From Eledone cirrhosa (Eukaryota), in contig OZ024746.1 in the NCBI GenBank assembly GCA_964016885.1, positions 15,252,001 to 15,316,000 on the forward strand: a stretch of 64,000 nucleotides of DNA, written 5' to 3'. The translations under genes were made by a program, and so were the position numbers. The notes under the pieces were generated by a model. It made no database searches and was not told the origin of the DNA. It saw nothing but the letters and a program-made list of their open reading frames with translations. Of the stretch, positions 11,437 through 24,030 are shown piece after piece (position 1 is the stretch's first letter; every line of letters starts with the position of its first letter).

Positions 11437-11618
11437 AATAATTGTTTCTACCTTTGGCACAAGGCCAGCAATTACCTAGTGTATTACTGGTACTTTATTT
11501 TATCGACCCCGTAAGGATGAAAGGCAAAGTTAACCTCGGCGGGATTTGAACTCAGACTATAAAGGGCCATAAATCTTTGCTGCAAAGCATGGCGTCCGAC
11601 CCTCTACCGATACTGCCA
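11437..11618 (-). mobile_element. SINE family M
   Basis: Conserved block. Confidence 0.85.
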
Positions 11619-11734
11619 TCAGAAAATAATAGATACAGAGTGACAGGACACTGAAATAACTTCACAGACGACAGGGACCTTTTTTACTGGTTTATGTTTT
11701 AATATTTTACTGTATAGACTAATGGGGGCATATA

Positions 11735-12300
11735 GATATATTTCTTTATTAGCCACAAGGGCGCACAAGAAAAGGGGACAATACAAATACATGCCGGGGA
11801 TTTTACATACAGTCGTGTAAAAAATATAAAAACAAACAATTACAACAATCGAAATCCCCAATAGGGGGGAGGCGCCACAAATGGGTTGTTTAATACCCCT
11901 TCGATAGAACAACCCTCAACTCCAGGAGCGTGTTGTGCAAGTGCTCCTTTCTTCCTTTTGCTCTCTTCTTCAACCTACAAGCTTATAAACAGAGAAGACC
12001 CAATCACTCAGGCCATTTTCGCTTCATTCACCCACCTTTCAGTAAATTTACTGGGGTGCAGAGCCTCTCTCTCCACCCTGATTCTCCTTCTAAAGTGATA
12101 CTTAAAGAAGGGAATCAATTGTTGTCCGGAGAGAAAGGCATCTGTCCTCAGTCCTCTCAACCTCGTCCACCATATAACTTCTTTCACCATAGCCACTGTA
12201 CAGAGGAAAACCGCCTCTCTTTCGTTTTTGAAAGAGGCTGGCGGTTTGATCCTTACTATGGACACGGCAGTCAACTGGATTTGTCCCATACGCGACTATA
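11735..12300 (-). mobile_element. Tx1/L1-like LINE 3' end (ORF2 C-terminus plus 3' UTR)
   Basis: VAMVKEVIWWTR...FFKYHFRRRIRVEREAL...FTERW resembles L1/Tx1 ORF2 C-termini; UTR ends aataaagaaatatatct; similar 3' tip at 25935-25985. Confidence 0.6.
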
Positions 12301-12471
12301 GATAGATATTTGTTCAGATACTTAGTTTTGTTATAATCAAGCGTAAAACTACTAATATATTTCTTCATAGTACTGTGTCGTTTGCTTTGTTATTTCTGTT
12401 TGCCTTTTGCACACACACACGCTGTTTTGAAGAAATCAATTGGGTGAAAATTAGTTTGTCTCTGTGGTCCA

Positions 12472-12960
12472 TTGTAGTATTAGTAGTGGTGTTTGTAGTG
12501 GTGGAAGTGGTAGTAATGGTAGCAGTGGTAGTGATAGTTGTAGTAGTAGTAGAGATAGTTGTAGTAGTAGTGGTGGTAGTAATGGTAGTAGTGGTAGTGA
12601 TAGTGGTAGTAGTGGTAGTGGTGATAGTAATAGTGGTGGTAGTAGTAGTAGTATTGGTGGTGATAGTAGTGGTGGTAGTAGTAGTATGAGTAGTAGTAGT
12701 AGTTATGGTGGGGGTAGTAGTAATAGTAATAGTGGTAGTAGTAGTAGTATTAGTAGTGGTGGTAGTAGTAATAGTAGTGGTAGTAATAATAGTAGTGGTA
12801 GTAGTAGTAGTTATGGTGGGGGTAATAGTAATATTAATAGTGGTAGTAGTAGTATTAGTAGAAGGGGTAGTAGTAGTAGTAATAGCAGCAGCAGCAGTAG
12901 TAGTAGTAGTAGTTATGGTGGGGGTAGTAGTAATAGTAGGAGTAGTTTTAGTATTAGTAG
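12472..12960. repeat. Imperfect (GTA/GTG)n trinucleotide tract
   Basis: Direct inspection; produces the poly-T/V/S ORFs. Confidence 0.95.
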
Positions 12961-13192
12961 TTAAGCCTAGGTTCAATCGTTACTAAGTGTACTTATGCTG
13001 AAAGGTGTTCCAACCATAGCCACCCCATCTGTTCAGACGTATCTAGTATCATATTATCAAATGTGTCCAGCCTTTTTTTTAAGACTTGAGGAAGATTTGA
13101 CTGTTATTGTTAGCATGTCGAACGACCACATATCAACCCACTTTGCCGGTTCATTGTGATTGTCACGTAATAGGGATAAACTAGTCTGGATT

Positions 13193-13600
13193 GGGGGGGG
13201 GGGGCAGAGAGAGGGCGTGAAATAGAGGAGAGAGAGAGAGAGGAGTGAAATAGAGGAGAGAGGGGGTGAAATAAAGGAGAGAGAGAGAGAGAGAGAGAGA
13301 GTGAGAGAGGGGGTGAAATAAAGAAGAGAGTGAGAGAGGGGGTGAAATAAAGGAGGGACAGAGAGAGGGTGAAATAGAGTAGAGAGAGAGAGGGGAGTGA
13401 AATAAAGAAGAGGGAGAAATAAAGGAGGGAGAGAGAGAGGGTGAAATAAAGGAGGGGAGAGAGAGAGGGTGAAATAAAGAACAGAGAGAGAGAGGGGGGT
13501 GAACTAAAGGAGAGGGAGAGAAGGTGAAATAAAAAGAGAGAGAGAGAGGGTGAAATAAAGAAGTAAAAGAAGAGAGAAATAAAAAAGGAGAAAGAAGACA
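13193..13600. repeat. GA-rich degenerate minisatellite (gagagagggggtgaaataaag-like unit)
   Basis: Recurring gtgaaata every 20-40 bp. Confidence 0.85.
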
Positions 13601-13621
13601 TAAAAAGGTTTTATTATTCCC

Positions 13622-13717
13622 TGACTTTGCCTTTCATCCTTACGGGGTCGATAAAATAAAGTACCAGTAATGCACTGGGTAATTGCTGGCCTTGTGCCTA
13701 AAGTAGAAACAATTATT
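13622..13717 (+). mobile_element. SINE family M, 3' half
   Basis: Conserved block. Confidence 0.85.
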
Positions 13718-14716
13718 ACCAGTTATATAAATAACATTATTCCCAGTTAAATAACATTATTCCCAGTTATATAAATAACATTATAAAGAAAGAAAATAGG
13801 GGGAGGGGCAGATCTGGCTCTATTGGAAAGTAGAGGAAAGGACTATAAATGCTATAAATGAGAGGAAAAGGAGGGGAAATGCGAGGACTTTTGTGCCACA
13901 GAAGAAAGGGGGTGGAGGGGGGAGATTTGACTTTTTGAAATACAGGTACGACTCATTTTTTGCCAACTGAGTGAACCGAAGCAAACTGAAGTTAGGTGTT
14001 TTGCTTAAGGATACAATACGCCAGGGGTAATTGAACTCCTGGCCTTAAAAAAGAAGTAAAGAAAAGTGGGAGTGAATAAAGAAGAAAAGAAAAGAAGGGT
14101 GAATAAAGAAGTAAAGAAAAGAGGAAAGAAGGTTGAAGAAGAAATAGAAAAAGAAATATACATATATAATTGTCATACGATGTTTTTCATTCTGGAACCT
14201 TCAGAAATATAGTTATATTTAAATAAGGAAGCGCTACTTACACACAACTGACATTCCCTGTGTTGCTATCAAACTGACGAGTTAAACAGTTTTCAACTTT
14301 ACATGCTGAAACGAAGACATACAAATAATCACAGCTGTTTAAAAAATCAAGCAAAATTTGAAAAATACCAGAGTCCCAAGCGCACCGTATTTGAGAGATA
14401 CAGGGTTCGAGTCCTCGTTGTTGTCCCCCGACCTACATTTTTGCCTGTCTCTAAGGGTAATTTTTTCCCAATTTCTACAACTATTATTTATAGTGATCGA
14501 TTGTTATTACAGCTATTTTCTGCATTTGGGACACTCACATTTTCTAATTTCGAACACTTCCATTGCTTCACTAATTCATAAGGATCGATGAATCGATCAT
14601 TCATTTCCTAACGTCAGCACACGCAGTCAATGGGTTAGAAACTGAGTTACAATTTACTGATGGATTGAGGTCTAGAGTATAATTCTAAAGGTGATAGTCA
14701 TTATTTGGCATATTTA

Positions 14717-14915
14717 GTCATGTATGTACTGGCCCCTTAACTGCAGGTGGAGTCGTACAGTCGCTGTAGTATGACAGTGTGTCATGTATATACTGGCCCC
14801 TTAACTGCAGGTGGAGTCGTACAGTCGCTGTAGTATGACAGAGTGTGTCATGTATGTACTGGCCCCTTAACTGCAGGTGGAGTCGTACAGTCGCTGTAGT
14901 ATGACAGAGTGTGTC
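14717..14915. repeat. 64-66-bp tandem repeat, 3 copies
   Basis: gtcatgtatgtactggccccttaactgcaggtggagtcgtacagtcgctgtagtatgacag starts at 14717, 14781 and 14847. Confidence 0.95.
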
Positions 14916-15034
14916 GTGGGTTTTAAACATGGTAGAGCTCATCACTCACCAGGTCTGAACACAGCTAATTTCTTCCAGAGAAGGAGAGATAGAGACAGAG
15001 ATAGATAAATGATGGTATATATATATTTATATAT

Positions 15035-15245
15035 AGGAACGAGTAGGACCCCGACGGCTGAGCTCAAGCCGTTTCGACGGCTAATTCTGGACTAAAAAAA
15101 AAAAAAAAAAAAAAAAATTACCCGTCGAAACGGCTTGAGCTCAGCCGTCGGGGTCCTACTCGTTCCTATTACCCACTCTACTACCCTAAGTATTGAGTAC
15201 TTTGGTGCGTTATGGTCCACCTGGTTCCTTACCACATTTCCCTCG

Positions 15246-15247
<2 letters not shown>
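15035..15247 (+). mobile_element. PLE-like asymmetric inverted relic (family D) carrying the 3' half of a hammerhead
   Basis: Arms around a poly-A spacer; GAAA-cggct-tgagctc-agccg-TC-ggggtcct at 15127-15157; tail on the right arm only; (TA)n flanks. Confidence 0.75.
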
Positions 15248-15328
<81 letters not shown>

Positions 15329-15502
15329 GAGAGAGAGAGAGATCCGTTTTACATCTTGATAACCTCCGATGAAACCTGATTTTTAGTTGTATGCTCTGGT
15401 TTAGGTTTGGCACCCAACTATTTCTTGTAGTTTTAATTTCAAAAGTTTGAGTTAAGTTAACGCCAGCAGACTTTAGTAACCACGACCACCACCACCACCT
15501 TC

Positions 15503-15533
<31 letters not shown>

Positions 15534-15999
15534 CTTCTTCTTCTTCTTCTTCTTCTTCTTCGCCCAGTGGGAGGGTCTTGGGGGAAGAGTTCCCACTTTC
15601 AGCGGGTTCTTTCAGAAGCGAGTTAGTAAGCGGGTTAGAAAATTCTAATTCAACAAAACTATGTTTGGATTACGGAGAGGTAAATATTGGATCTGTTTGT
15701 CTCTTCGACTTACTTAAAATAATTATTACAAACATTATATAATTTAATGGAATCTTGTTGAATAAACATAATACAAAATCTTAATAAGACATTGCGTCGA
15801 ATAAATATTTACTTACGACACTTGGTTTGGAAATCGTTGAGTAGATACGTGGATACACCGAGACAGAACGGATTGGAAGTCATGCATTTTTCAAGTACTC
15901 CACGATAGCTGTTGATAGAAACATTTCTTTAGATGGTTATGAAGATTTTTAGCACAGCTAATGATAACATAAGGTAACAATATTAGCAAGATTGACTCA

Positions 16000-17635
16000 C
16001 AGTAAAAATATTACTAACACTAACCCACAGTAACAATATTACCAACATTAACCCACAACAATATTACCAACACTAACCCACAACAGCAATATTACCAACA
16101 CTAGCCCACAATAATATTACCAACACTATCCCACAACAATATTACCAACACTAACCCACAACAATATTACCAACACTAACCCACAGTAACAATATTACCA
16201 ACACTAACCCACAGTAACAATATTACCAACACTAACCCACAACAATATTACCAACACTAACCCACAGTAACAATATTACCAACACTATCCCACAACAATA
16301 TTACCAACACTAACCCACAACAATATTACCAACACTAACCCACAACAATATTACCAACACTAACCCACAGTAACAATATTACCAACACTAACCCACAACA
16401 ATATTACCAACACTAACCCACAACAATATTACCAACACTTACCTACAACAATATTACCACCACTAACCCACAGTAACAATATTACCAACACTAACCCACA
16501 ACAATATTACCAACACTAATCCACAACAATATTACCAACACTAACCCACAACAATATTACCAACACTAACCCACAGTAACAATATTACCAACACTAACCC
16601 ACAACAATATTACCAACACTATCCCACAACAATATTACCAACACTAACCCACAACAATATTACCAACACTAACCCACAGTAACAATATTACCAACACTAA
16701 CCCACAGTAACAATATTACCAACACTAACCCACAACAACAATATTACCAACACTAACCCACAACAACAATATTACCAACACTAACCCACAACAATATTAC
16801 CAACACTAACCCACAGTAACAATAATACCAACACTAACCCACAACAATATTACCAACACTATCCCACAACAATATTACCAACACTAACCCACAACAATAT
16901 TACCAACACTAACCCACAACAATATTACCAACACTAACCCACAGTAACAATATTACCAACACTAACCCACAGTAACAATATTACCAACACTAACCCACAA
17001 CAACATTACCAACACTAACCCACAACAATATTACCAACACTAACCCACAACAACAATATTACCAACACTAACCCACAACAACATTACCAACACTAACCCA
17101 CAACAACATTACCAACACTAACCCACAACAACAATATTACCAACACTAACCCACAACAACAATATTACCAACACTAACCCACAACAACAATATTACCAAC
17201 ACTAACCCACAACAATATTACCAACACTAACCCACAGTAACAATATTACCAACACTAACCCACAGTAACAATATTACCAACACTAACCCACAACAACATT
17301 ACCAACACTATCCCACAACAATATTACCAACACTAACCCACAACAACATTACCAACACTAACCCACAACAACATTACCAACACTAACCCACAACAACATT
17401 ACCAACACTAACCCACAACAACAATATTACCAACACTAACCCACAACAACAATATTACCAACACTAACCCACAACAATATTACCAACACTAACCCACAGT
17501 AACAATATTACCAACACTAACCCACAACAATATTACCAACACTAACCCACAGTAACAATATTACCAACACTATCCCACAACAATATTACCAACACTAACC
17601 CACAACAACATTACCAACACTAACCCACAACAAAT
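16000..17635. repeat. 21-24-bp minisatellite acaatattaccaacactaacccac(a/agta), about 70 copies
   Basis: Direct inspection. Confidence 0.95.
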
Positions 17636-18389
17636 TATTCTCTACACTAGCCCATATATAAATATCTTCTGGAGTCGTAGTATAGGAGTTACAATATTTT
17701 CAAACAACTGGAGCATTCATCGTCGAAAGCGAAGGATGACCATCAATCTCTACATATATAAATATCTTGTAGTATTGGCGTTGCAATAGTTGAAATAATG
17801 CTTTCACCATGCATGTTTGGGGTTGAGATTGAGCTCAGCTTATCTATATGTCTGTTATTATAGATGAATATGATCCGGCCATACATTGTTCAATATAGAG
17901 TAAATCAACAATACACTACAGTATTTAAATCTTAGTTGACAATAGTTAACATTTGTATAATTGTGACAATGAAATCTCGTGATGTTACATAACTTAGAAA
18001 CTACAACGTTTCTTGTGGCCAATAAAAGACAACATTATTTGCATAACTGGTGTATTTGATTACTTACTAACAAAAATGGGTTTGTCGACTGTTGATAGCA
18101 TTTCGGAACTCTTCACCGCATGAAACATAACATCCTGGAATATAATTATATATAAGTATATATTTCCATACAGACGTACACACACAAGACCCTCCCCCTA
18201 TACACACATACCCCACACACACATATCTATATATATATATTAATATATACGTATGTATGGTCTCTTAACTCCTGATAGAGTGGTCGGGGCGCCGCATTGG
18301 CATACGGCGTTTCTTGGGCATTTTCAGCCTGGCGGAGCCCATCCCTCTCCAGATCTGAGTACAGCAGATTTCTTCCTGAGAGAGGAAGA

Positions 18390-18548
18390 ATCGACCCCAG
18401 TACTAGACTGGTATTTTTTTTAATAGACCTTGAAAGGATGAAAGGCAAAGTTGACCTCGGCAAGATTTGTACTCAGAGAGCAGAGAGACGGAATGAATGC
18501 CGTAAAGTATTCTATCTGACGTTCTAACGAATCTGCCAATTCGCCGCC
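18390..18548 (-). mobile_element. SINE family M, older subfamily
   Basis: aaggatgaaaggcaaagttgacctcggc block. Confidence 0.75.
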
Positions 18549-18657
18549 AATATATATAGGTTAATAAAAAAAAAAACATTAGGGAACTTTTGATGATATC
18601 CAATGATTCATTTATTAAATATTGCAGAGGCTGACACGTGTTTCGGTGCGTTACATA

Positions 18658-18828
18658 GTAGAGGGTCGGACACCATGCTTTGACTGATACAGTTACGGCC
18701 CTTTATAGTCTGAGTTCAAATCCCGCCGAGGTTAACTTTGCCTTTCATCCTTACGGGGTCGATAAAATAAAGTACCAGTAATGTACTGGGTAATTGCTGG
18801 CCTTGTGCCAAAAGTAGAAACAATTATT
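18658..18828 (+). mobile_element. SINE family M
   Basis: Conserved block. Confidence 0.85.
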
Positions 18829-19364
18829 ATATAACCCATTTTCTCACACTGCTCGATAATATTCAACATTTCTCCCCAAGAGAAAGTCCAGAGAAAAATG
18901 TGTTCAGTGCCATCCAGTTCTTCGTTCCTTAGCTGTCTCCAAGAACGGGAAGGAACCAGATTTATAAGAACACCAAATATATTATGATAAATAGAAGAAA
19001 GTAAGTGTGGTAAGTGTACTTACGGCAATTGGATGGCAATAGTTTATCTCGTTCTTCTCGCGTACATCCTCCTTCGTCTTTATTTAACAGACAAGCGTTA
19101 TAATCTCTGCCAAGAGAAACGAAAGATTGTTTACGGCTTGATAACTGCCAAATATATATCTTGGTCGTTAAATCCTGCTGGATTCACTGTTCAAATAAAT
19201 ATTACGTTCTGAACCCTTTGGCATAGTAGGACGTGTGTTCGGCTGACGTAAGGTTGTAAGTTGAATTCACGGAAGCACGCCTTCCCATGTGTCAGAAGAA
19301 ATATTTATTTGATATGCAGCAGGGTTTAATGAAACATATTTACAGATAGTTTATTTAATGTTGA

Positions 19365-19545
19365 TCCAGCTGGCAAAAATATGAGTTGTACCTGTAATTC
19401 AAAAGGTGAGCCATGTCACATACTGTGTCACACTGAATCTTCCTGAGAATTATGTTAAGTGTATGAGTGTCAGCCACTTACACGTAAATTTCACGGTAAC
19501 ACTCATCGTTGGCATCGGCGGGGATCCACTCTTTCCAACTTCATT
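19365..19545 (+). mobile_element. SINE fragment (CORE-like family body)
   Basis: tgtgtcacactgaatcttcctgagaattatgttaa matches the reverse complement of 40872-40935. Confidence 0.55.
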
Positions 19546-19845
19546 TCAGAAAAGGTTGACGAATATGTGTATATATATATATAAACACAGACAATACATA
19601 TATATATATATATATATGTGTGTGCGTGTGTGTGCGTGTGTGTGGATTTAAGTATACATGTTTGAACATATACTCATGTTTCAAATGCTATATTTACTAA
19701 GAACTTAGATTGTTTTCTCCTGAAATTGAATCCAAGCAATTTTCTGTTTGCTTACCTACGCAATTCTTTTACTGATATAATTCTAAACAAGTCGAACAAC
19801 GATGAATAGATGTGTGAGTGCTTCTATGTATGGATTTATGTCTGA

Positions 19846-19996
19846 ATGTTCCGTTAAAATCCTGTGGATGGTGCTTCGGGAAAGTTCAGGAACCAAAATG
19901 CAAAGAGCAACCAGGCTGATCCGCCGATCTTTACGCATGTTTTCCTCAGCCTTTGCGACTGTCTCGTCGGAAATTGACGATCTCCCGCTCCTTTGT
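19846..19996 (-). mobile_element. mariner transposase fragment
   Basis: RSGRSSISDETVAKAEENMRKDRRISL...LSRSTIHRILTE; same family as 20586-21125. Confidence 0.85.
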
Positions 19997-20261
19997 ATGG
20001 GTTTAGGTCTGAATGTGTGTTTGAGTATATGTGTGTGTATCCATGTACGTGTGTAAGAGAGAGTGAGTATTGAGATATAGTGAATAAATATGTATATATA
20101 CATTAGAGTAAAGACCATGGGCTTTGCACATAGAAATTTCCTCGTCGAGGCAAATGTATGTATATAAGCATGTATATACACACACACACTTATATAATAC
20201 ATATATACATAAATACATACACACACACACACGCGCGCGCACCCCCACACACATATGTATT

Positions 20262-20310
<49 letters not shown>

Positions 20311-20311
<1 letters not shown>

Positions 20312-20395
20312 TCGGGTTCAAATGGGGGTAACCACAGTTATTTCCTGATGATTTCCTTCGAATGAAACAGTTCTAGTCATGTAGAAGCCATTTCT
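20311..20395. mobile_element. PLE-like inverted relic (family E)
   Basis: Inverted tail (20311-20338) joined to cctgatga..gaatgaaacagttctagtc..gaagcc. Confidence 0.6.
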
Positions 20396-20420
20396 ATATA
20401 AATATATATATATAAAACTA

Positions 20421-20550
20421 AGAGGGTGTGTGGGTAATATGAAAAGAGTCAGGACCCCGACCGGCCATTTCGACAGCTAGATCCGAACTAAGGTTTAGTT
20501 CGGATCTAGCTGTTGAAACGGCCGGAGCTGGGCCGTCGTGTCCTGACTCT

Positions 20551-20555
<5 letters not shown>
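20421..20555 (-). mobile_element. PLE-like inverted relic (family D), internally deleted
   Basis: Palindrome centred near 20492 (agctagatccgaactaa / ttagttcggatctagct). Confidence 0.7.
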
Positions 20556-20585
<30 letters not shown>

Positions 20586-20586
<1 letters not shown>

Positions 20587-21125
20587 GAGGGTAATCGCAA
20601 AAGTAAGGTCTCCAAATCGATGGGGACGCAGAGATATTGCAACTTTTCCGTTAAAATCCAGTGGATGGTGCTTCGGGAAAGCTCAGGAACCAAAATGCAG
20701 AGAGCATCCAGAGTGATCCGCCGATCTTTACGCATGTTTTCATCAGCCTTTGCGACTGTCTCGTCGGAAATTGACGATCTCCCGCACCTTTGTTCGTCGT
20801 GAATTTCAGTACGACCGGCTGTAAACTCTCTACGCCATGCACGACTGTCCATACACTTCCGTCAATTGGCGATGAATTTCAATCGGTTCAACGCCTTTTG
20901 CGTTCAAAACCGAATAACTGCGCGAACTTCACACTTGGCGGTAGCGTTCAACGGGAGCTCCATTCTCAACGGCTGCCAAGCCAAGATTGAGCATCCCAGC
21001 GAAGCGCGCGCATGCTTGTTTGGGAGTGAAGGAAGCATCAATCACAACAATGTTGCCAACAGCCGTACGAACAGTTTCTCTGCGCCCCCATCGCTTTGGA
21101 GACCTTACTTTTGGGATTGCCCTCG
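20586..21125 (-). mobile_element. Internally deleted mariner DNA transposon with both TIRs
   Basis: TIRs cgagggtaatcgcaaaagtaaggtctcca / tggagaccttacttttgggattgccctcg; TA on both sides; N-terminal HTH remnant (EVRAVIRF..NAKG..PIEIHRQLTEVYG; DEQRCGRSS). Confidence 0.9.
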
Positions 21126-21212
21126 TATATATATATATATGTGGGGCGGTGGAAGCATTTCTGAATTTGTGTGTGTGGGGGGGGGGGGAGTTATACAATT
21201 TAGTTGTAGTGA

Positions 21213-21375
21213 TTAAATCGACCTCAATAGGTTACTGGTACTTTATTTTATTGAGCCTCGTAAGGGTGAAAGACAAAGTTGACCTTGGCGGAGTTTGAAC
21301 TCAGAACGTAAAGGGATGTAATTATATACTGCAAAGTATGTTGTCTGATGCTCAACCGATTGTATTGCTCATCCA
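21213..21375 (-). mobile_element. SINE family M, diverged
   Basis: actggtactttatttta..aaagttgaccttggcggagtttgaactcag. Confidence 0.75.
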
Positions 21376-21631
21376 ACTCCCTATAAAGAAGTCGATATAA
21401 CGAGGTAATGTAAAATTACTGAAAGAATACTTACACACAAGAAAGATAGTTAAATGTATTTACGAGGCTTGTACACTTGGAGGAGTAACATTCTGCATAG
21501 CAGCCAGCAACAACTAGCATAAAGAAAACATATGTTTATCATTATATTTAGTATTCATGGTTTAACATATACATGAACAGTTGGTTTCACACACACACAC
21601 ACACAGAGAGAAAGAGAGAGAGAGAGAGAGG

Positions 21632-21663
<32 letters not shown>

Positions 21664-21668
21664 TGAGG

Positions 21669-21750
<82 letters not shown>

Positions 21751-22423
21751 ATGCGTAATTGTGTCTTAGTAAATACGAGGTGTGGTTCTACAGTCCTATA
21801 TTTTAGTTTATTAAACAACACACACACACTCACGCACACACATATATATATATATATATATTATTAGTACAGATTAAAAGTTTAAGCAATAAATTACTGT
21901 TTTCACCTGACGCGGGTTCTTCTGAAACAGAAAAAATAATCTGTAGAGACAATATTTAAAAAAAGTTACGACCAAATATTGCCTTTTGAAAAGAGTAAGT
22001 CATAATGGTAGTACGTGAAGACGTTCTCTTAAGACGGGTGAAATGTATGCAAGGATAATTATGTCATTAAATGGAGCGGGAAGAACAATTTCTTGGTATG
22101 AAAAAATTGAGAAGACTAATATTCTTTTTAGAATAGCCAAATGATTTCCAGCTACCATATAAGGAAAATGACGTTAACAATAGTAACATTATTAAACATA
22201 AAAATACAGAAGGTATTAATTACAGTAAAAGTAATGATAATAATTGTTTCTACTTTTGGCACAAGGCCAACAAAGGTAATGATAATAATGAGAACATTAA
22301 TAGTAATGTTTAGGCAGGAATTCATATACATATATAAGTATATGCATTCAATATACATATGTGCATACATATACATGTGCATACATCTACTCTCTCTCTC
22401 GCACCCTCCCTCTCTCTCTCTCT

Positions 22424-22486
<63 letters not shown>

Positions 22487-22492
22487 CTTACT

Positions 22493-22523
<31 letters not shown>

Positions 22524-22729
22524 TTCGTTTCTGAATTTGTGTTTAGCAAGATTCTTTAACTGAAAATGTGTGTTGAAACCGATATTGTTATACTTTGGGA
22601 GGGTCATGTTGCCAATAAGAAACACACGTACCAGCTTCTTTCACTCCAATTTATTATAAATTAAATTTATAAATTTAAGAATTTATAAATTTCCGGCTGG
22701 TTCCATAACCGGACGGTTGTTCATATATT

Positions 22730-22772
22730 GTCAAAGTTCTTTCGTCACACATTCTGTGACCTCTTCAGTGAC
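22730..22772 (-). ncRNA. Minimal type I hammerhead ribozyme (family A, 3' pLTR)
   Basis: Reverse complement reads gtca-CTGAAGA-g-gtcaca-gaatg-tgtgac-GAAA-gaac-TT-tgac. Confidence 0.85.
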
Positions 22773-22889
22773 TGGGAGTCTTTTCTTTGTTTTGTGCCTC
22801 TCCTTTGTTCTGTCCTACGCCATCTTGTTTTTGTGTGTGTTATGTGCTTAGTTTGCGCATGTGTTACATCCGGGTGTCTGTGTGTGTTT

Positions 22890-22928
<39 letters not shown>

Positions 22929-22983
22929 CATGTAACTAGTTAGTTGTTTGTTTTAGGTTTGTGTGTGTGTGTTCATTTTGTCC

Positions 22984-23810
22984 TTAATTGTAAGTTGTGA
23001 TGTTGCTATTCCATTCATGTTTTCTATTTAATTTTGTTTGGAGTTCATTTATGTGTATTGCCTCTGTGATTTGTCTAAACATTGCGTCTTTTCTGTGAGT
23101 AGATTCTATTTTTATTTCTTTGTTTTCTAATTTGCCCTTATGTTCTATTTTAGCATGTTGGTGGAGTATTGATGATTCTTTTTTATCTTGAAGTTCTCGC
23201 CAGTGTTCATTTAACCGTTCTCCTATGCTACGAGCTGTCTCACCTATGTACACTATATTCTTATCTTTACATTGTCCTTCAGTACATCTTATGCTATATA
23301 CTACATTTCTAGTTTTACAGTTAATATGGGGGCTTAGTTTACAGATTATGCATTTCTTATCTATACAGGGAGGTCTTTGAAAAGGGTATGTATTGCTAAT
23401 AAGTGTTTTTATGGAGGTACCTGGTGTTTCTACTATCTTAATATTAAGTTTATGTTTATCTAGGGCCCTTCTAAATTTGTAAGCTAATTCACCTCTGGGG
23501 GCTGTATTGATGAACATTACACTCTGGTATTTATTGTTATCATACCATGAGTTTATTCTATCAACCTTATTCCTAGTTCTTTCTATTCTATTCCAAAATT
23601 TGCTCCTATACAAAGGGCAGGTCCCATTTGTATCATTATTTACCATTTTTTCCCATTTGGTTCTGGCTCCTCTATATACTCTGATTTTATCTCTCTGATT
23701 GTAACCAGAGAATTGCATATAGTGGATGAAGTGTTGTATGTGTTTCTCTAGTTCTTTGGGGTTGCACATGCGGGACACGTTTCTCATCACCCGTATCAAA
23801 TCCGCAATCA
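22984..23810 (-). pseudogene. PLE polyprotein C-terminus: RT thumb, Cys-rich linker and GIY-YIG endonuclease (open frame, 5'-truncated)
   Basis: CIDKKCIIC...CKTRNVVYSIRCTEGQC..VYIGETARSIGERLNEH...HQHAKIEH...RQITEAIHI...LNRKHEW. The start in the ORF track (23925) comes from the inverted pLTR and is not native. Confidence 0.92.
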
Positions 23811-23841
23811 GAGAGGCACAAAACAAAGAAAAGAATCCCCA

Positions 23842-23884
23842 GTCACTGAAGATGTCACAGAATGTGTGACGAAAGAACTTTGAC
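23842..23884 (+). ncRNA. Minimal type I hammerhead ribozyme (family A, inverted pLTR)
   Basis: gtca-CTGAAGA-t-gtcaca-gaatg-tgtgac-GAAA-gaac-TT-tgac. Confidence 0.85.
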
Positions 23885-24030
23885 AATGTATGAACAACCG
23901 TCCGGTTATGGAACCAATCAACCAACCGGAAATTTATAAATTTAATTTATAATAAATTGGAGTGAAAGCAACTGGTGCGTGTGTTTCTTATTGGCAACAT
24001 GACCCTCCCAAAGCATAACAATATATATAT

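Larger units (their letters stand above)
22523..24021 (-). mobile_element. 5'-truncated Penelope-like retroelement (family A) with inverted pLTR at the truncation point
   Basis: GIY-YIG ORF at 22984-23810, 3' pLTR plus tail at 22523-22825, inverted tail-less pLTR at 23811-24021, TA repeats at both ends. Confidence 0.92.

Noticed and set aside
12365-12986. Mucin-like poly-Thr or glycine/serine-rich protein
   Set aside because: Imperfect (GTA)n tract open in several frames; no flanking domain or splice evidence.
14375-14430. tRNA gene (ggttcgagtcc B box)
   Set aside because: No complete cloverleaf or A box; probably a decayed SINE head.
23811-23925. N-terminus of the 313-aa ORF
   Set aside because: It is the antisense reading of the inverted pLTR, in frame by chance.
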